From assembly GCA_903835385.1 (NCBI GenBank), contig CAILMQ010000032.1, positions 5,976 through 69,975 on the forward strand: a stretch of DNA of 64,000 nucleotides, written 5' to 3'. The notes under the pieces were generated by a model. It was not told where the DNA came from, made no database searches, and saw nothing but the letters and a program-made list of their open reading frames with translations. Made by a program: the position numbers and the translations under genes. The stretch's first letter is position 1; each line of letters opens with the position of its first letter. The stretch comes from an uncultured Candidatus Micrarchaeota archaeon. Lineage in GTDB: Archaea; Micrarchaeota; Micrarchaeia; Anstonellales; Bilamarchaeaceae. This document shows, one piece after another, positions 8,749 to 19,295 of this stretch.

Positions 8749-9747
8749 TCATTTCACGTAGGAGTAGTTCATCAGCGTGCTGCACTGGGCGTCCTCATGG
8801 AAATAGAGCGATATCACGAGCTTGTAGTAGCCAAGGAAGGGAATCCGGGATATCACCTTGCCCCGCACGTTCTTCGCAGGAATAGGAGGGTTGCCCGTAT
8901 GGAAATCCTTGTAGTCGAAGACCTGGTTGTCCATTATGGGGTTGTTGTCGCCCTTGGTCAGGTAATATTTGTCCCCGTTGACGTCTATGGTGAAGACCGC
9001 CCTGTGCACTATGTCGCCTATCAGGCTGTAGTAGCTGCCCGGGTCGGACTTGTACACTATGACGCTGTGGGAAAGGTTCATCGGGTATTCCCGGCCTGAG
9101 AACGTGACGGATTCCAGGCACGGCCCGTAGATGGTGTAGCTCTCGTTCGTGTATTCTATGCTGCAGGTGGAATAGTGGTAGGTGAGCGGGCCCGACACCT
9201 CGGCCACGCTCGCCGGGTCGGATATGAACGCCTTGCAGAGCGGCGCATAGGAGTTCGGATTGGAAGGATTGCAATAGGCATAAGCCGAACCGTTGACTTT
9301 CAGCCGGGTGTTGTTCCAGAAAAGCGTGGGTGTGCCCTTGGAGAATTCCGCGAACTCATCCCTTGCCATGGATATGTCATATGAGTCTGGCGCCGCGCCC
9401 TGGAGCACCACGAAGTCGCCCCTGTAGAGGTTGGGCAGCATGGAACATGAGACCACTGCGGATACCGGCGAGCTGGTGTTGAGTATGAACGATGCTGAGA
9501 GCCATATGGCGCCGGCGACCGCCAGGGCCAGGACGGTGTCCAGAAGCTCGTGCTTCCAGCCGGCTTCCCTGGCGCCCTGCCTGATTTCCAGCGCGACCAT
9601 TGCGAGTATCTCTATGAAAATCAATGCGAGGAGCAACTCGCCGAGCAGCGGGCTGAACCCCTTCAAAAGCAGATAGAGCAGCAGCGTGCCGATGAGGATG
9701 GCGAATTGCACGTACGCCTTTCGCAGGCTTCCGGCTAAATCAGCCAT
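8749..9747 (-). CDS. signal peptidase I (archaeal S26/Sec11 type) with multi-TM N-terminus
   Basis: VVSCSMLPNLYRGDFVVL (catalytic Ser box) and YLTKGDNNPIMD (GDNN box). Several N-terminal TM helices. Confidence 0.8.
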   Translation of the reverse strand: MADLAGSLRKAYVQFAILIGTLLLYLLLKGFSPLLGELLLALIFIEILAMVALEIRQGAREAGWKHELLDTVLALAVAGAIWLSASFILNTSSPVSAVVSCSMLPNLYRGDFVVLQGAAPDSYDISMARDEFAEFSKGTPTLFWNNTRLKVNGSAYAYCNPSNPNSYAPLCKAFISDPASVAEVSGPLTYHYSTCSIEYTNESYTIYGPCLESVTFSGREYPMNLSHSVIVYKSDPGSYYSLIGDIVHRAVFTIDVNGDKYYLTKGDNNPIMDNQVFDYKDFHTGNPPIPAKNVRGKVISRIPFLGYYKLVISLYFHEDAQCSTLMNYSYVK

Positions 9748-9751
9748 AGGA

Positions 9752-10027
9752 CTACCCTACGAGGTCTGAGAATTTCTTCCTGAAGCTGCCGAGCTCTTCG
9801 GCAAGCTCCTTGAGCGCCTTGACAACCGCGTCCGAAGGCTTGCCCTTTGCAGTGCGCACAAAGACTATAGGGTTCGCGACCAGCGGATGGCTGACCTTGC
9901 AGGCGGCGAAATCCACGGACTTGTCCGCGTTGAGCTTCTCTACGAGCAGCTGGGGGAAAGACTGGTCCGCCCCCACAAGCTCGAATGAAAGCTCGCCCTT
10001 CTCTTCTTTCAGTATCTTGACTTCCAT
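9752..10027 (-). CDS. rpoL: DNA-directed RNA polymerase subunit L (Rpo11)
   Basis: MEVKILKEEKGELSFELVGADQSFPQLLVEKL...SHPLV is the RpoL family pattern. The ATG at 10027 lies 4 nt after GTGAT. Confidence 0.85.
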   Translation of the reverse strand: MEVKILKEEKGELSFELVGADQSFPQLLVEKLNADKSVDFAACKVSHPLVANPIVFVRTAKGKPSDAVVKALKELAEELGSFRKKFSDLVG

Positions 10028-10032
10028 AAAAA

Positions 10033-10602
10033 TCACGCTGAGGCGGACGGGTACTCAGAAGACATTTTCCTGCTTTCCTTCCTTCCGCAATTACTACAGA
10101 TAAGGCTGCCATTTTTTAAATCCATTCCGGCCCTGCAGGCGCTGCAGTATGCCTTCATCACGCCGCAGTCGGGCGCGTTCACGGACACGTCCACGCCCGA
10201 GCGCTCTATCTTGGCTATCCTCGCCTTTATCACGTCACCGGTGCGCACCTCGTCCCTCATGTCGCGCACGTAGCTGTTCCTTATGGCGGTGACAGGCAGG
10301 ACTGCCGATACCTCGATGGCGGAGCCGCTCTTGTCCGCGTCGGCAACGGGCGTGCAGTCCAGGAACGCCTTGGTGGAGCTGACCTTGCGCACCATGCAGT
10401 AGAGCTCCAGGCCCACCTTTACCTGGGCTATGTGCCTGGTCTTGTCCCATCCCACCTCGACCCTGCGCTCCCGCTCCCGGACCTCCCCGAACGCGGACGA
10501 GTACACCTCGTCGTTCTCGGAGTATGTGTTCTCGCCCGGAACCACTTCTTCAGCGCCGGCTATGTATTCGCCTGGCAGCACTATTTTTTTTGTTTCTCCC
10601 AT
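10033..10602 (-). CDS. csl4: exosome complex RNA-binding protein Csl4
   Basis: N-terminal domain VLPGEYIAGAEE, an S1 domain, and a C-terminal zinc ribbon CSACRAGMDLKNGSLICSNCG. Confidence 0.85.
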   Translation of the reverse strand: MGETKKIVLPGEYIAGAEEVVPGENTYSENDEVYSSAFGEVRERERRVEVGWDKTRHIAQVKVGLELYCMVRKVSSTKAFLDCTPVADADKSGSAIEVSAVLPVTAIRNSYVRDMRDEVRTGDVIKARIAKIERSGVDVSVNAPDCGVMKAYCSACRAGMDLKNGSLICSNCGRKESRKMSSEYPSASA

Positions 10603-10837
10603 GGGGATGGATTTGCTAGGGAAGAATTTAAAGCTGTTCTTACAGCCGTATTCCCATTAGTCCGGCGATTCGTCGTGCTCTTACTGTATTCTTAGAATTC
10701 GTCATCTTCGGTTCTTCTCGTGCTCCGAAAGTCACTTGGTGTTTGACTCCTGCCACGAAAGCCTCTCACCGTTTGACTAATGCTCAGCGAGCAGGAGGGT
10801 GTATTCTTAAATAATATTCATCAGACAGTATAGCTGT

Positions 10838-12079
10838 ATGAAAAGGCCCATCTTAGTCCTGTGCGTGGACCGCGACAACGACCTTTACGAGAAGGCGAAG
10901 GTCAGCGGGCCCCTCATAGGCAGGGAGAAAAACGTGGACGGGGCCACGCGGCTGGCGCTCGCAGACCCGGAGGACCCGGACAGCAACGCAATATTCTACG
11001 CCATCAAAATCTGCGACCAGATGCGCAAGGAGGGCAATGAGGCGGAAGTCGTCACGCTCACGGGCAACAAGCTCATGGGCTACAGCGCGGACCGGGAAAT
11101 CTCGGCGCAGCTGGACAAGATAATACGGGAGCTCAACCCGGCCTCATGCCTGCTGATTTCGGACGGCGCCTCCGACGAGGAAATCGTGCCCATAGTGAAC
11201 TCAAGGCTCAAGATAGACTCGACCAAGATAATATTCATAAAGCAGGCGAAGGAGCTGGAGAAGACCTATTTCGTGCTCCTGGAGAAGCTGCGGGACCCGC
11301 ACTACGCCCGCCTCTTCATAGGCATACCGGCATTGCTCATACTCCTGTTCTCGGTGTCGAGCGCGCTGGGGCTTGGCTGGCAGCCTGCAGGCATCGTTGT
11401 CGGGCTGTTCCTGATACTCAAGGGGTTCGGCATAGACGAGGCGCTCACGGGCATCATGAAGGATTTCAGGTTCTCAATAGAGAAGATGAGCTGGATAGCA
11501 TACATATGCGGCTATGCACTGCTGCTCGTGGGGGGGCTCATCGGCTACCAGACCTTTCTCGACGGCCTCAAGCTGGGCCTCACCAACGAGAAGATGATAG
11601 CCTACGTGGTCGGTTCCGTCGCATGGATAGCCCTCATTGCCGCCCTGGTGCTTATCGCGGGCAAGACCGTGGACGCGCTCAGCGAGAGGAGGAAGTATGC
11701 GGTGACCACCTATGCGCTCTACGTCGTTGGGTTCACGCTGGCCATGACCGTGCTCAAGATAGGCAGCGAATGGGTGCTCAACATCAAGCCGCCCTATGTG
11801 AGCTTCGGGGACTTCCTGCTCACCCTCGCGGCCTCGCTGGCAATAGGCTACTGCAGCACCAGGATAATTACGGCCATAAGGAAGGACATGCTGCTCAACA
11901 TGAAGCTTGAGGGCAAGGAGGCTGTCAACGAGCACGGCACCTACCTCGGCAAGATAGTCGGAGTGGACGGCAACAAGGGCAACCTCGTGATACAGACCGT
12001 TTTCGAGAAGAAGTACTACATGCCCTTCACTGCAATAAGCGCCATAAGCGAGAACGTGGTGCTAAAGGCTGGGGAATAA
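10838..12079 (+). CDS. DUF373-family integral membrane protein
   Basis: ILVLCVDRDNDL...LADPEDPDSNAIFYAI N-terminal domain followed by multiple TM helices. Confidence 0.75.
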   Translation: MKRPILVLCVDRDNDLYEKAKVSGPLIGREKNVDGATRLALADPEDPDSNAIFYAIKICDQMRKEGNEAEVVTLTGNKLMGYSADREISAQLDKIIRELNPASCLLISDGASDEEIVPIVNSRLKIDSTKIIFIKQAKELEKTYFVLLEKLRDPHYARLFIGIPALLILLFSVSSALGLGWQPAGIVVGLFLILKGFGIDEALTGIMKDFRFSIEKMSWIAYICGYALLLVGGLIGYQTFLDGLKLGLTNEKMIAYVVGSVAWIALIAALVLIAGKTVDALSERRKYAVTTYALYVVGFTLAMTVLKIGSEWVLNIKPPYVSFGDFLLTLAASLAIGYCSTRIITAIRKDMLLNMKLEGKEAVNEHGTYLGKIVGVDGNKGNLVIQTVFEKKYYMPFTAISAISENVVLKAGE

Positions 12080-12091
12080 AAATAAAAAAGA

Positions 12092-14086
12092 CTATTTCCT
12101 GAACTGCTTCGACATCTGCCTGATCAGCTTGTCCTTTTCTTTGCAGTCCTTCAGCGAGTGCTGCAGGACTTCCACGATGTTGTCAACCGGTACGATTTCT
12201 ATCAGGTTCTTCCGGTCCCCGGGCAGGTAGACGTCCTCCATGTTGGATTTCGGTATCAGCACCTTCTTGAGCCCGGTGTCTATGGCCGCGTCTATCTTGG
12301 AGGTCACGCCCCCCACAGGCAGCACGCCGCCGCGGACATCAAGCGAGCCGGTCATTGCAACCGACTGCTCCACGGGTATTCCTGCCATGGCCGAAATCAC
12401 GGCCACAGCGGTTGAAATCGAGGCGCTGTCCCCCTCGAGCCCCTCGTAGGTCTGGAGGAACTGGATGTGGATGTCCGTCCTGGAGATGTCCGTGCCGATG
12501 TGCTTCTTGATGATGGCAGACACGTTCTCCACGGCCTCCTTGGCTATCTGGCCGAGCTTGCCCGTGGCTATGACCTTGCCCTCGCTCCTGGACGCGGCCG
12601 GGGTCATGTCCGCCACGATGGGGAGCACGAGGCCGGCCGCGGAATTGCCGAGCACCGCGAGCCCGTTCACCCTGCCTACCGAAGCGCCGGACACCAGCAC
12701 GGTCTGGTACTCTTTTTTCTGCTCTATGAGCTTGCTGCTGAGCTGCGACTCGATGGACTTGAATATCTTTTTCGCCTTGAGCACGTGCTGGGCGTCCACA
12801 TAAAGGGCCTTTTCCTCCCTGGCCACGTCCCCTGCCGCGCGCACCAGGCCCCCGAGTTCGCGCAGGTTGAGCGTGAACTTCCTCTTGCGGCCGGCATAGC
12901 GCCTGGCTTCCTCGATGACCTCATGGACCGCGGCATAGGTGAAGTGAGGTATCTTGCCGTCCTTCCTTACCTCCTGGGCCACGAACTGGATGAGCTTGTC
13001 CTCGTTCTCCGGAGTGTCCGCCATGGTGTCTTCCACATAAACCTCATATCCGCCGCCCCGGATACGGGAGCGCAGCGCTGGATGAATCTGCTGCATGTCC
13101 GGCAGGTTGCCGGCCGCCACTAGCACGAAATCCGTGGGCACCGGCTCGGTTTTCACCAGCGCGCCGGAGCTCATCTCGCTCTGCCCGGTTATGGGGTATT
13201 TCCTCTCCTGCATGGCTGTCAGCAGCTCCTGCTGCCAGTTGAGCTTCAGCGACGCGATTTCGTCTATGAAGAGCACGCCCTTGTTGGCCCTTTGGATGGC
13301 TCCCGCCTCGACACGGAGGTGCGGCGGCGTGCCGAGGCCTCCGCTCTGAAGCGGGTCGTGCTTTATGTCGCCGAGCAGCGCGCCGGAGCGGGTTCCCGTG
13401 GCGTCAACGAACGGGGCGGTGGATTTCTCGGTGTTGTCCACTATGAGCTTGGGCCTGCCCGCCTCCTGGGGGCTCAGGCCGCGCTTGAGGCCTGAGAACG
13501 CGTTGGAGAACGCGTAGAGCACTCCCATGAACAGCAGCATGCCGGCTATGAAGAGCTTGGTGTTGTCCGGCAGGCTGGTGAAGAACCATATGGCGAGCGA
13601 TATCATTGCAAGGAACCCGAACACGAGCGCGGGCGACACCTGGTGCTGGGCGTCCACAACCCGGTTTATGGTGGTTATGCGCCGCCCTAACCCGATGCGG
13701 AGCAATGACGCGCGGGAACTGCCGTTGCCTTTTTTCGCTGCGTCCCGCAGCGCGGCGACCTCCTGGGGGGTGTAGTAGTCCCTGAATTCCTTGTGCTTGC
13801 CCAGGTAGTCCATGTCCGGGTAGGTCTTCACCACCTCTATGCGGGGCTGGTTCTCGTTGTTCTCGTTGGGGATGGCGAGCACGTCGGCCAGTTCCTCCAG
13901 CGGAAGCAGCTCGGCCATGGCCTGGGCGAGCATGGACTTGCCGGTCCCTGGCGGGCCGATGAGCAGCACGTTCCTCTTCTGGGCGGCGGCCTTCTTTATT
14001 ATCTGCACCGCGGCATCCTGGCCCACCACCTGGTCTATGGTTTTCTTCGGGACTTCAATCTCTTCCGTGGTCTTGAACTGCTTCAG
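12092..14086 (-). CDS. lon: archaeal membrane-bound Lon protease (LonB) with apparent CTG start
   Basis: Walker [13 protein letters not shown], a TM insertion, and a C-terminal Lon protease domain. The conserved [20 protein letters not shown] lies upstream of the first GTG (14029). The CTG at 14086 lies 4 nt after GGTGA and overlaps the pmbA TGA. Confidence 0.85.
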   Translation of the reverse strand: MKQFKTTEEIEVPKKTIDQVVGQDAAVQIIKKAAAQKRNVLLIGPPGTGKSMLAQAMAELLPLEELADVLAIPNENNENQPRIEVVKTYPDMDYLGKHKEFRDYYTPQEVAALRDAAKKGNGSSRASLLRIGLGRRITTINRVVDAQHQVSPALVFGFLAMISLAIWFFTSLPDNTKLFIAGMLLFMGVLYAFSNAFSGLKRGLSPQEAGRPKLIVDNTEKSTAPFVDATGTRSGALLGDIKHDPLQSGGLGTPPHLRVEAGAIQRANKGVLFIDEIASLKLNWQQELLTAMQERKYPITGQSEMSSGALVKTEPVPTDFVLVAAGNLPDMQQIHPALRSRIRGGGYEVYVEDTMADTPENEDKLIQFVAQEVRKDGKIPHFTYAAVHEVIEEARRYAGRKRKFTLNLRELGGLVRAAGDVAREEKALYVDAQHVLKAKKIFKSIESQLSSKLIEQKKEYQTVLVSGASVGRVNGLAVLGNSAAGLVLPIVADMTPAASRSEGKVIATGKLGQIAKEAVENVSAIIKKHIGTDISRTDIHIQFLQTYEGLEGDSASISTAVAVISAMAGIPVEQSVAMTGSLDVRGGVLPVGGVTSKIDAAIDTGLKKVLIPKSNMEDVYLPGDRKNLIEIVPVDNIVEVLQHSLKDCKEKDKLIRQMSKQFRK

Positions 14087-15342
14087 GATATCACCTGCAC
14101 GCCCTTGAAGGCGATGCGCGGGGCTATCATGTCGCCCATCGTCTCCCTCCTCTTCTCTAGATATAATTTGCCATTAAGTAGTTTAAATATGTTGCCGCTG
14201 ATGAGGAACCCGCGCACCGGCACCGGAGCGGCTTTGCCCGCAGTGTGGAACGCCACGTTGACCTCCAGCCCGAAATCGCCGGTGGTGGTGTTCGCGGTGT
14301 GGGCGCCGTGGAGCGCGTGCACCACCACGCAACTGCCCAGCTCCTGCTCCAAATCCCCATAATCGCCCGCGGCTATACTGATGTTCGAGCGGCCCGCTCC
14401 GGGAGGCGAATTGAAGTTCGGCCTGGAGCAGAAACCCGAGGCGTCCACGCCTTCGAGCGCCGCGGTCTCGCGGTCATAGATGAAATTCCCCAGGACCCCT
14501 TTCTCTATGAGCGGTATGCGCCTGGACGCCGTGCCCTCGTCGTCAAACGGCCGCTCGCCGCTGGCAGGGGCAAGCGGGTCGTCGTGGATGCTCAATGCCG
14601 GGTTGAACACCTGCTGCCCGAGCTTTTCTGCGAGCAGCGACGTGCGCTTCCGCTTCCACTCGCCAGAAAGGGACGGGAAAAGGACGCTGAGCACGTCCTC
14701 CAGCGCCGTGAGCTCGAAAATTACTTCGTAGAAGCCGGGCCCGAGCTTTTTGGCATTTTTCATTGCCTTTGCCATGGCTCCTGCCTTTTCCCCGAGGCCG
14801 GCCAGGTCCGTGGGAAGCGAGAGGCCTTCGAAATATGAGAATCCGTATCCGTTCCCGTCCGTTGCCTCCACGAAGGCGGAGAAGGCGGACGTGCCGTAGG
14901 AACCGGAGAAGCCTTCACTGTTCTCCAGGGCGATGGTTTGCCTGCCTGCGGAAAGCATGATGCGCGGCTTCGGCGCGTGCTTTTGCGCGCCTTCGCGTAT
15001 CTGGCCCAGCATGGCCTTCATCTCCGAGGCGCCCAGGCCGCTTATTTTCCGGTCAGGGGGCCGGGGCGTTGGACAAGCCGCCTTTGGGGCGAACGAAAAG
15101 CCGGTTTTCGGCGAGTACGCCGACAACGAAGCCGCCAGCTCCCCTGCTTTTCCGATGCCTGCTTCGCTCTCGCAGTAGGCGAATCCGAGCCTGCCGCCCT
15201 TTAGCACGCGGATGCCATAGCCCTTTTCGCCGCTCTGTTCCTTGGATTTCATCTCTCCGGACGAGAACGTGAGTGAGATGGAGGACTCTTCGGAGCAGAA
15301 TATCTCATGGCCGCTGACAGCCTTGCCAAACTCCCGAACCAT
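14083..15342 (-). CDS. PmbA/TldD-family metalloprotease
   Basis: [16 protein letters not shown]...[17 protein letters not shown] are family-typical segments. Confidence 0.8.
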   Translation of the reverse strand: MVREFGKAVSGHEIFCSEESSISLTFSSGEMKSKEQSGEKGYGIRVLKGGRLGFAYCESEAGIGKAGELAASLSAYSPKTGFSFAPKAACPTPRPPDRKISGLGASEMKAMLGQIREGAQKHAPKPRIMLSAGRQTIALENSEGFSGSYGTSAFSAFVEATDGNGYGFSYFEGLSLPTDLAGLGEKAGAMAKAMKNAKKLGPGFYEVIFELTALEDVLSVLFPSLSGEWKRKRTSLLAEKLGQQVFNPALSIHDDPLAPASGERPFDDEGTASRRIPLIEKGVLGNFIYDRETAALEGVDASGFCSRPNFNSPPGAGRSNISIAAGDYGDLEQELGSCVVVHALHGAHTANTTTGDFGLEVNVAFHTAGKAAPVPVRGFLISGNIFKLLNGKLYLEKRRETMGDMIAPRIAFKGVQVIS

Positions 15343-15378
15343 ACGGTTTTATTACCCGGCGGCATTTAAAAAAGGCTC

Positions 15379-15927
15379 ATGGGTGGAGACGAAACCAGAT
15401 TGTTTGTTTCCGTGGAGGTTCCTCTGGGACTGCGGGAAAGGATAGCAAAACTCGCGCAGGAACTGCCCCCGGATGCAATAACCCCGGTCAGGCCGGACAA
15501 CATGCACCTCACGCTCAGGTTCATGGGCGAGGTTCCGGAACGCATGGCGGGCGACATAGGGCACAGGCTGCAGGGGGTGGAGTTTGCGAAGTTCGCGGTT
15601 TTGCTCAAAGGAGCGGGCGTTTTCCCAAGCGAGAGCTATGCCCGCGTCGTGTGGGCCGGGGCGGAGAGCCTGGAACTGGACGCGCTCGCAAAAAAAGTCA
15701 TTGAGGCGCTGCGCGGAATAGGAAAGGAGGAGGAACGCGGCTTCTCCGCTCACCTGACAGTCGCGCGCGTGAAGAGAAAAATAGGCGTGAAAGAATTTTT
15801 GCAGAGGCATGCAAACGAAGAGTTCGGCGCTTTCGTTGTGGAGCGGTTCTGCCTCATGCGCTCGGAACTCAGGCCGGGAACGCCGCCCAAATACACGATA
15901 GTCGAGGCGTTCGGCGCGAAGGGATGA
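15379..15927 (+). CDS. thpR: RNA 2',3'-cyclic phosphodiesterase (2H family, ThpR/LigT)
   Basis: Two H-x-T-x motifs (HLTLRF and HLTVARV) with RLFVSVEV at the N-terminus. Confidence 0.85.
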   Translation: MGGDETRLFVSVEVPLGLRERIAKLAQELPPDAITPVRPDNMHLTLRFMGEVPERMAGDIGHRLQGVEFAKFAVLLKGAGVFPSESYARVVWAGAESLELDALAKKVIEALRGIGKEEERGFSAHLTVARVKRKIGVKEFLQRHANEEFGAFVVERFCLMRSELRPGTPPKYTIVEAFGAKG

Positions 15928-16034
15928 CGCGCGCATTAGGAATAAAACTGCCTGAACTACGACGCTTTATCTGCAAAGCCCCACCAATCCAGTTAGCTTT
16001 AAAATGAGAACATGGAAAAGCAGTTGGGAGATGC

Positions 16035-19000
16035 ATGGTTCCTAAGGCAGATATCAGTTTTACTGAGAAGGTTCTCCGTGCGTTCAAGAGAATAAGCTCA
16101 GAGATAACGATAGAAAGCCTCGAACACGACTTCAGCCCGCGCCTCGGCAGATTTTTCTGTGAGGAAGTCCTAGGATTTGACAGCAATCTTATCCGCTATG
16201 AACGAAGCCGCACCGATTTGACTATGCTGGATGAGAACGGCGCCCGTGTCGTTCTTATTGAAACCAAGCGCCCAAAGGAAAGCTTGGACGCTGAGAAATG
16301 GCGCGAGCAGGCAGGCAAATACGCAGACGCCTCCACTCGTTTCATTGGGCTGACTAATGGCTATCGTTTCCTTCTCTGGGAAGCTACAAAACAGGGCAGG
16401 ATTCTTCGGGTGGACCTGGATTTCAAGGCACTGGTTGACGCAAAGAGAGCATCTGAAGACAAAATATCCACCAGGGAAGCGGAGCAGATTCTTTACCTTG
16501 GCAATATAACCAAAGAGCAGGTTTGGAGCGAGGCAAAATACGGAAAGTTTGATGAATATTATGCCACGGTAGACGTTGCGGAAGAGAAAGGGTTTGAAAG
16601 GCTCATCGAACAGCTTAACTACATTTCAAATGACCTTATGAAGCAGTACACTTACGCAGCTTTTGACGAGTATTATGCAGGCTATGCGCAGTACAAACAG
16701 ACGAAGGGCGAACTCGATGAGATAAAGAAGGCGAATGGCAATAACAAAAAACATGCTGCTGACATAGCCCGCTACGAGCTGAAAACCGAGGGCAAATACA
16801 AGAAGTACTCCGACTTTTCTGGTTATTTCATCTGGAAAGCACTCTCCAACCGCCCGGATGACAAGGAAGAGGAGAACAAGCAGGTATTCTGCAAGGAATC
16901 AATCTACCTGCTCATAAACAGGCTGCTTTTCATCAGGATTTGCGAGGATAGGGGTTTGCTTGGCAAGAAAATATCCAACGGCGGCATTGAAAGGCTGCGC
17001 GAGCAGCTTGCCGAGCCCATTCTTGGGGAAACCGGCGTATTCAAACAGATAGTCCAGTTTTCCTATGGCGGGGCAAAGAACATCTACGGGCACTTCTACG
17101 AAAAGGACAATCCGCTTGACTGGTACGAAAGCGGCGATGGGGAGCTCGACAGGGCGCTTAACCGTGTGCTTTGGATTCTCAACCAGTTCAATTTCGCCAA
17201 AGTGGACAGGGACATTCTCGGCAAGCTTTACGAGAAATACCTGCCCAAGGACGAAAGGAAGAGGCTTGGCGAGTTTTACACCCCCGAGGAAGTCATTGAC
17301 TACATACTTGACGCTGTGGATTATGTTCCATCCAAGGCGATTGAGAATAAGGACCTGATAGACCCTGCCTGCGGTTCAGGCGGCTTCCTTGTCCGCGCCG
17401 CCAGGCGCCTGATTGCGCGGCAGGCGGTTAAATTCGGCAAGGCAACGCCGGCGGAGGCACTGAGCAACAAGCACTGGCCCGAAGTGTACGCGCGCCTGTC
17501 CCCGAAGGAGTGCGAGGAGATTGTGGACTCGGTTGCAATGCACATCCACGGCTTTGACATAAACCCGTTTGCGGTGAACATAAGCGAGATGAACCTGCTT
17601 TTCCAAGTCATTGACCTTTACTCAAAAGCCGTCAAGGAGAACAGAAGCTTCAAGATTTCGCGCTTCAAGGTATATGAAACCGACTCGCTTGAGATGCCCA
17701 CTGACCAAACCAACCTCGCGCACTTTTCAGGCGCGACAGGGAAAAGCCTTGCCAAGGATAAAGACGTAAGCGACGAGATGAAAAAGAAAAAGTACGATTT
17801 TGTGGTCGGGAATCCGCCTTGGCTAGGAATATTGAAAATGCAGAAGCAGACGATGGCTGCGTATATGAATTATCTTTCTGCTAAAGGAAAGTTCGACATT
17901 TACGTTCTTTTCATTGAACTTGGAACGAAAATGCTTAACAAAAATGGGAAGTTAGGGTATATCACTCAAAATCGTTTTCTTAAAGTCGGTTATGCTGAAG
18001 CTCTACGGGACTATCTTCAAAAGAATGTGGCACTCAGGCAGATTACTGACTTTGGAGACATAAAAATATTCTCAGATGCGACAAATTACCCCTGCATAAT
18101 TATCTTTGAAAATGACGTGCCAAGTTCATTCATTTACATCGAATTTAAATCCAAGGCCGAAGAAATAGCCTCAGAAGAACTGCTGTCTATTGTTCGGAAA
18201 CAGTGGTCTGAAACAAAATATAACGACGAGTATTTCAAACTCAGCACCATAAAACAGGAAACGCTGAATAGCTCAGGATGGAATATGAGTTCGGTCGGAA
18301 AAGGCTTCCTGATAAATCGGCTTAAAGAACTTGAAACCCTTGCGAATTATACGGAGAAGATAATGCAGGGCATTACTTGTGGTGGAGAGGGTTCAGATGA
18401 TATTTATTATGTGCTCAGACAGAATATCGAATCTTATAAAATCGAAGAACGTATTTTGAAGAGGGTTATGAGGGGAAAGAATATCCGAAAGTACTCGGCT
18501 TCATTTTGTAACGAAGACTTGTTGTTCCCTTATGAAACGAACGCGACACCGGTTGACTTGCGCCTCTATCCTGGTGCTGCGAGATACCTCGCTCAATTTA
18601 AGGACAAGCTAAGTGGCAGAGTATTGGATGGAAAGGGGATCATGCAGTGGAACAAGGAATGGTTTGAACTCTGGAGAGCAAGAGAACCGGATTTTTTTGA
18701 AAAGCAAAAAATAGTCTGTCCACGGATAGCTGAAAAGAACAGATTTGCTCTTGATGACACTGGCGCTTATTTGTCAGACTCGGCAATAGCCATTATCCCG
18801 AAAAAAATCAATATATATCTTCTTTTGGGGTTGCTGAACTCAAAACTTCTCGGTGCGTACATCACTGCGATATCACCGTTTGTTCAAGGCAAGTATTACA
18901 ATTATAGCAAAGGCTACGTTGAAAAATTACCAATTAAACTTCCCTCCAACAAAACCGAAGAAATAATTTCTGAAAAGATAACTTCAACGGTCAAAGAACT

Positions 19001-19133
19001 GATTAAACTCAAAAAGAAAGATGCAAACGCAGATACTAAGAAACTTGAGGACGGGATTGACGACCTCGTTTTTGACCTTTACGGCATAACGCCCGAAGAG
19101 CGCAAGATCATTGAAAAAGCGGTTAATGGATGA
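16035..19133 (+). CDS. type IIG restriction-modification enzyme: fused PD-(D/E)xK nuclease, N6-adenine methyltransferase and target-recognition region
   Basis: N-terminal TDLTMLD...VVLIETKRP nuclease-like motif. SAM motif DPACGSGGFLV. Catalytic motif VVGNPPW. Long C-terminal region, 1032 aa in one ORF. Confidence 0.8.
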   Translation: MVPKADISFTEKVLRAFKRISSEITIESLEHDFSPRLGRFFCEEVLGFDSNLIRYERSRTDLTMLDENGARVVLIETKRPKESLDAEKWREQAGKYADASTRFIGLTNGYRFLLWEATKQGRILRVDLDFKALVDAKRASEDKISTREAEQILYLGNITKEQVWSEAKYGKFDEYYATVDVAEEKGFERLIEQLNYISNDLMKQYTYAAFDEYYAGYAQYKQTKGELDEIKKANGNNKKHAADIARYELKTEGKYKKYSDFSGYFIWKALSNRPDDKEEENKQVFCKESIYLLINRLLFIRICEDRGLLGKKISNGGIERLREQLAEPILGETGVFKQIVQFSYGGAKNIYGHFYEKDNPLDWYESGDGELDRALNRVLWILNQFNFAKVDRDILGKLYEKYLPKDERKRLGEFYTPEEVIDYILDAVDYVPSKAIENKDLIDPACGSGGFLVRAARRLIARQAVKFGKATPAEALSNKHWPEVYARLSPKECEEIVDSVAMHIHGFDINPFAVNISEMNLLFQVIDLYSKAVKENRSFKISRFKVYETDSLEMPTDQTNLAHFSGATGKSLAKDKDVSDEMKKKKYDFVVGNPPWLGILKMQKQTMAAYMNYLSAKGKFDIYVLFIELGTKMLNKNGKLGYITQNRFLKVGYAEALRDYLQKNVALRQITDFGDIKIFSDATNYPCIIIFENDVPSSFIYIEFKSKAEEIASEELLSIVRKQWSETKYNDEYFKLSTIKQETLNSSGWNMSSVGKGFLINRLKELETLANYTEKIMQGITCGGEGSDDIYYVLRQNIESYKIEERILKRVMRGKNIRKYSASFCNEDLLFPYETNATPVDLRLYPGAARYLAQFKDKLSGRVLDGKGIMQWNKEWFELWRAREPDFFEKQKIVCPRIAEKNRFALDDTGAYLSDSAIAIIPKKINIYLLLGLLNSKLLGAYITAISPFVQGKYYNYSKGYVEKLPIKLPSNKTEEIISEKITSTVKELIKLKKKDANADTKKLEDGIDDLVFDLYGITPEERKIIEKAVNG

Positions 19134-19295
19134 AAAATAGTGAACACCGCCTGAAAGCAATTGGCGGAATGCACGAACTCGGAATAAATCCTATTTCTGC
19201 ACCCAAAGTCGCATGAACGACGACGTTTGGAAGCGAAGGGCGCCAGTACGCTGCGGAAATCGTTCTTTTTAAATTGTTCTAATTAAAGTCATTTT

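Noticed and set aside
10603-10837. A 235-nt divergent intergenic region with short direct repeats (GTTTGACT twice, ATTCGTC twice), considered as an ncRNA or as a relative of the 7141/24871 repeat.
   Set aside because: The similarity to the other repeat family is limited to short pyrimidine-rich words. I could not define a convincing structure or a second copy.
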